Made by a program: the position numbers and the translations under genes. The notes under the pieces are model-generated. The model was given only the letters and a program-made list of their open reading frames with translations, was not told the origin of the DNA and made no database searches. 13,158 nucleotides of DNA from assembly GCA_033763905.1 (NCBI GenBank), contig JANRJP010000014.1, positions 1-13,158 on the forward strand, given 5' to 3'. This DNA comes from Gemmatimonadaceae bacterium. Lineage in GTDB: Bacteria > Gemmatimonadota > Gemmatimonadetes > Gemmatimonadales > Gemmatimonadaceae. Positions 12,881-13,158 of this stretch are shown here, one piece after another. Each line of letters begins with the position of its first letter. Position 1 is the stretch's first letter.

Positions 12881-13158
12881 ATGCCTGCCCGCCCCACCCC
12901 CGTCGCCGCCAGCGCCGCGCCCCTCCGTCGCACGCGCCAGCGCACCGCCGTCCACGACGTGCTGGCGGGGGCAACCCGACCGCTGACCCCGGACGAGATT
13001 CGGGTCGCGGCCGCGCGCAAAGTGCGAGGGCTCGGCATCGCCACGGTGTACCGCGCGCTCCGCGTCCTGGTCGACGCCGGCGACGCGGTGATCGTGGAGG
13101 TGCCGGGGGCGACCCCGCGCTACGAACGCGCCGGTCGCGGGCACCACCACCACTTCCA
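12881..13158 (+). CDS. Fur-family transcriptional regulator, 3'-truncated by window edge
   Basis: Manual translation: MPARPTPVAASAAPLRRTRQRTAVHDVLAGATRPLTPDEIRVAAARKVRGLGIATVYRALRVLVDAG...PRYERAGRGHHHHF. Contains the TRQR, GIATVYR and HHHHF motifs. Metal specificity (Fur/Zur/Nur/PerR) cannot be assigned. Absent from the ORF track. Confidence 0.93.
   Translation, partial: MPARPTPVAASAAPLRRTRQRTAVHDVLAGATRPLTPDEIRVAAARKVRGLGIATVYRALRVLVDAGDAVIVEVPGATPRYERAGRGHHHHF

Noticed and set aside
12570..13153. Minus-strand ORFs 12570..12974, 12590..13153 and 12796..13044
   Set aside because: Antisense to the clear Fur-family gene or overlapping ldhA, with no motifs.
1..13158. CRISPR arrays, tRNA/rRNA, IS elements, integrases, long direct repeats
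   Set aside because: None seen. Intergenic gaps are all about 200 nt or shorter and no transposase- or integrase-like ORF is present.

Overview
GC-rich bacterial DNA with no mobile elements, RNA genes or CRISPR arrays visible. Gene style suggests Gemmatimonadota or similar, but that is inference only. From right to left on the minus strand, about 9.6 kb of co-oriented genes encode a two-domain HmuY-like lipoprotein, a TonB-dependent receptor with FRAP/NPxL motifs, thioredoxin 2 (trxC), an orphan and degenerate-looking hydrogenase-maturation protease homolog, and a System I cytochrome c maturation operon ccmA-B-C-D-E-F-G (ccmG runs off the left edge). A secreted monoheme cytochrome c is transcribed divergently from the hmuY-like gene. 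It converges on an ldhA (D-lactate dehydrogenase)-phoD (alkaline phosphatase D family) pair, and a Fur-family regulator starts at the right edge. Three real genes (ccmD, partial ccmG, partial fur) are missing from the ORF track. The most interesting aspect is the physical coupling of a putative haem-scavenging module to the haem-ligation machinery and a client cytochrome c. Also notable are recurring TANNNT-(5-6 nt)-ATG leaderless-type starts and a chain of overlapping micro-ORFs ahead of trxC.
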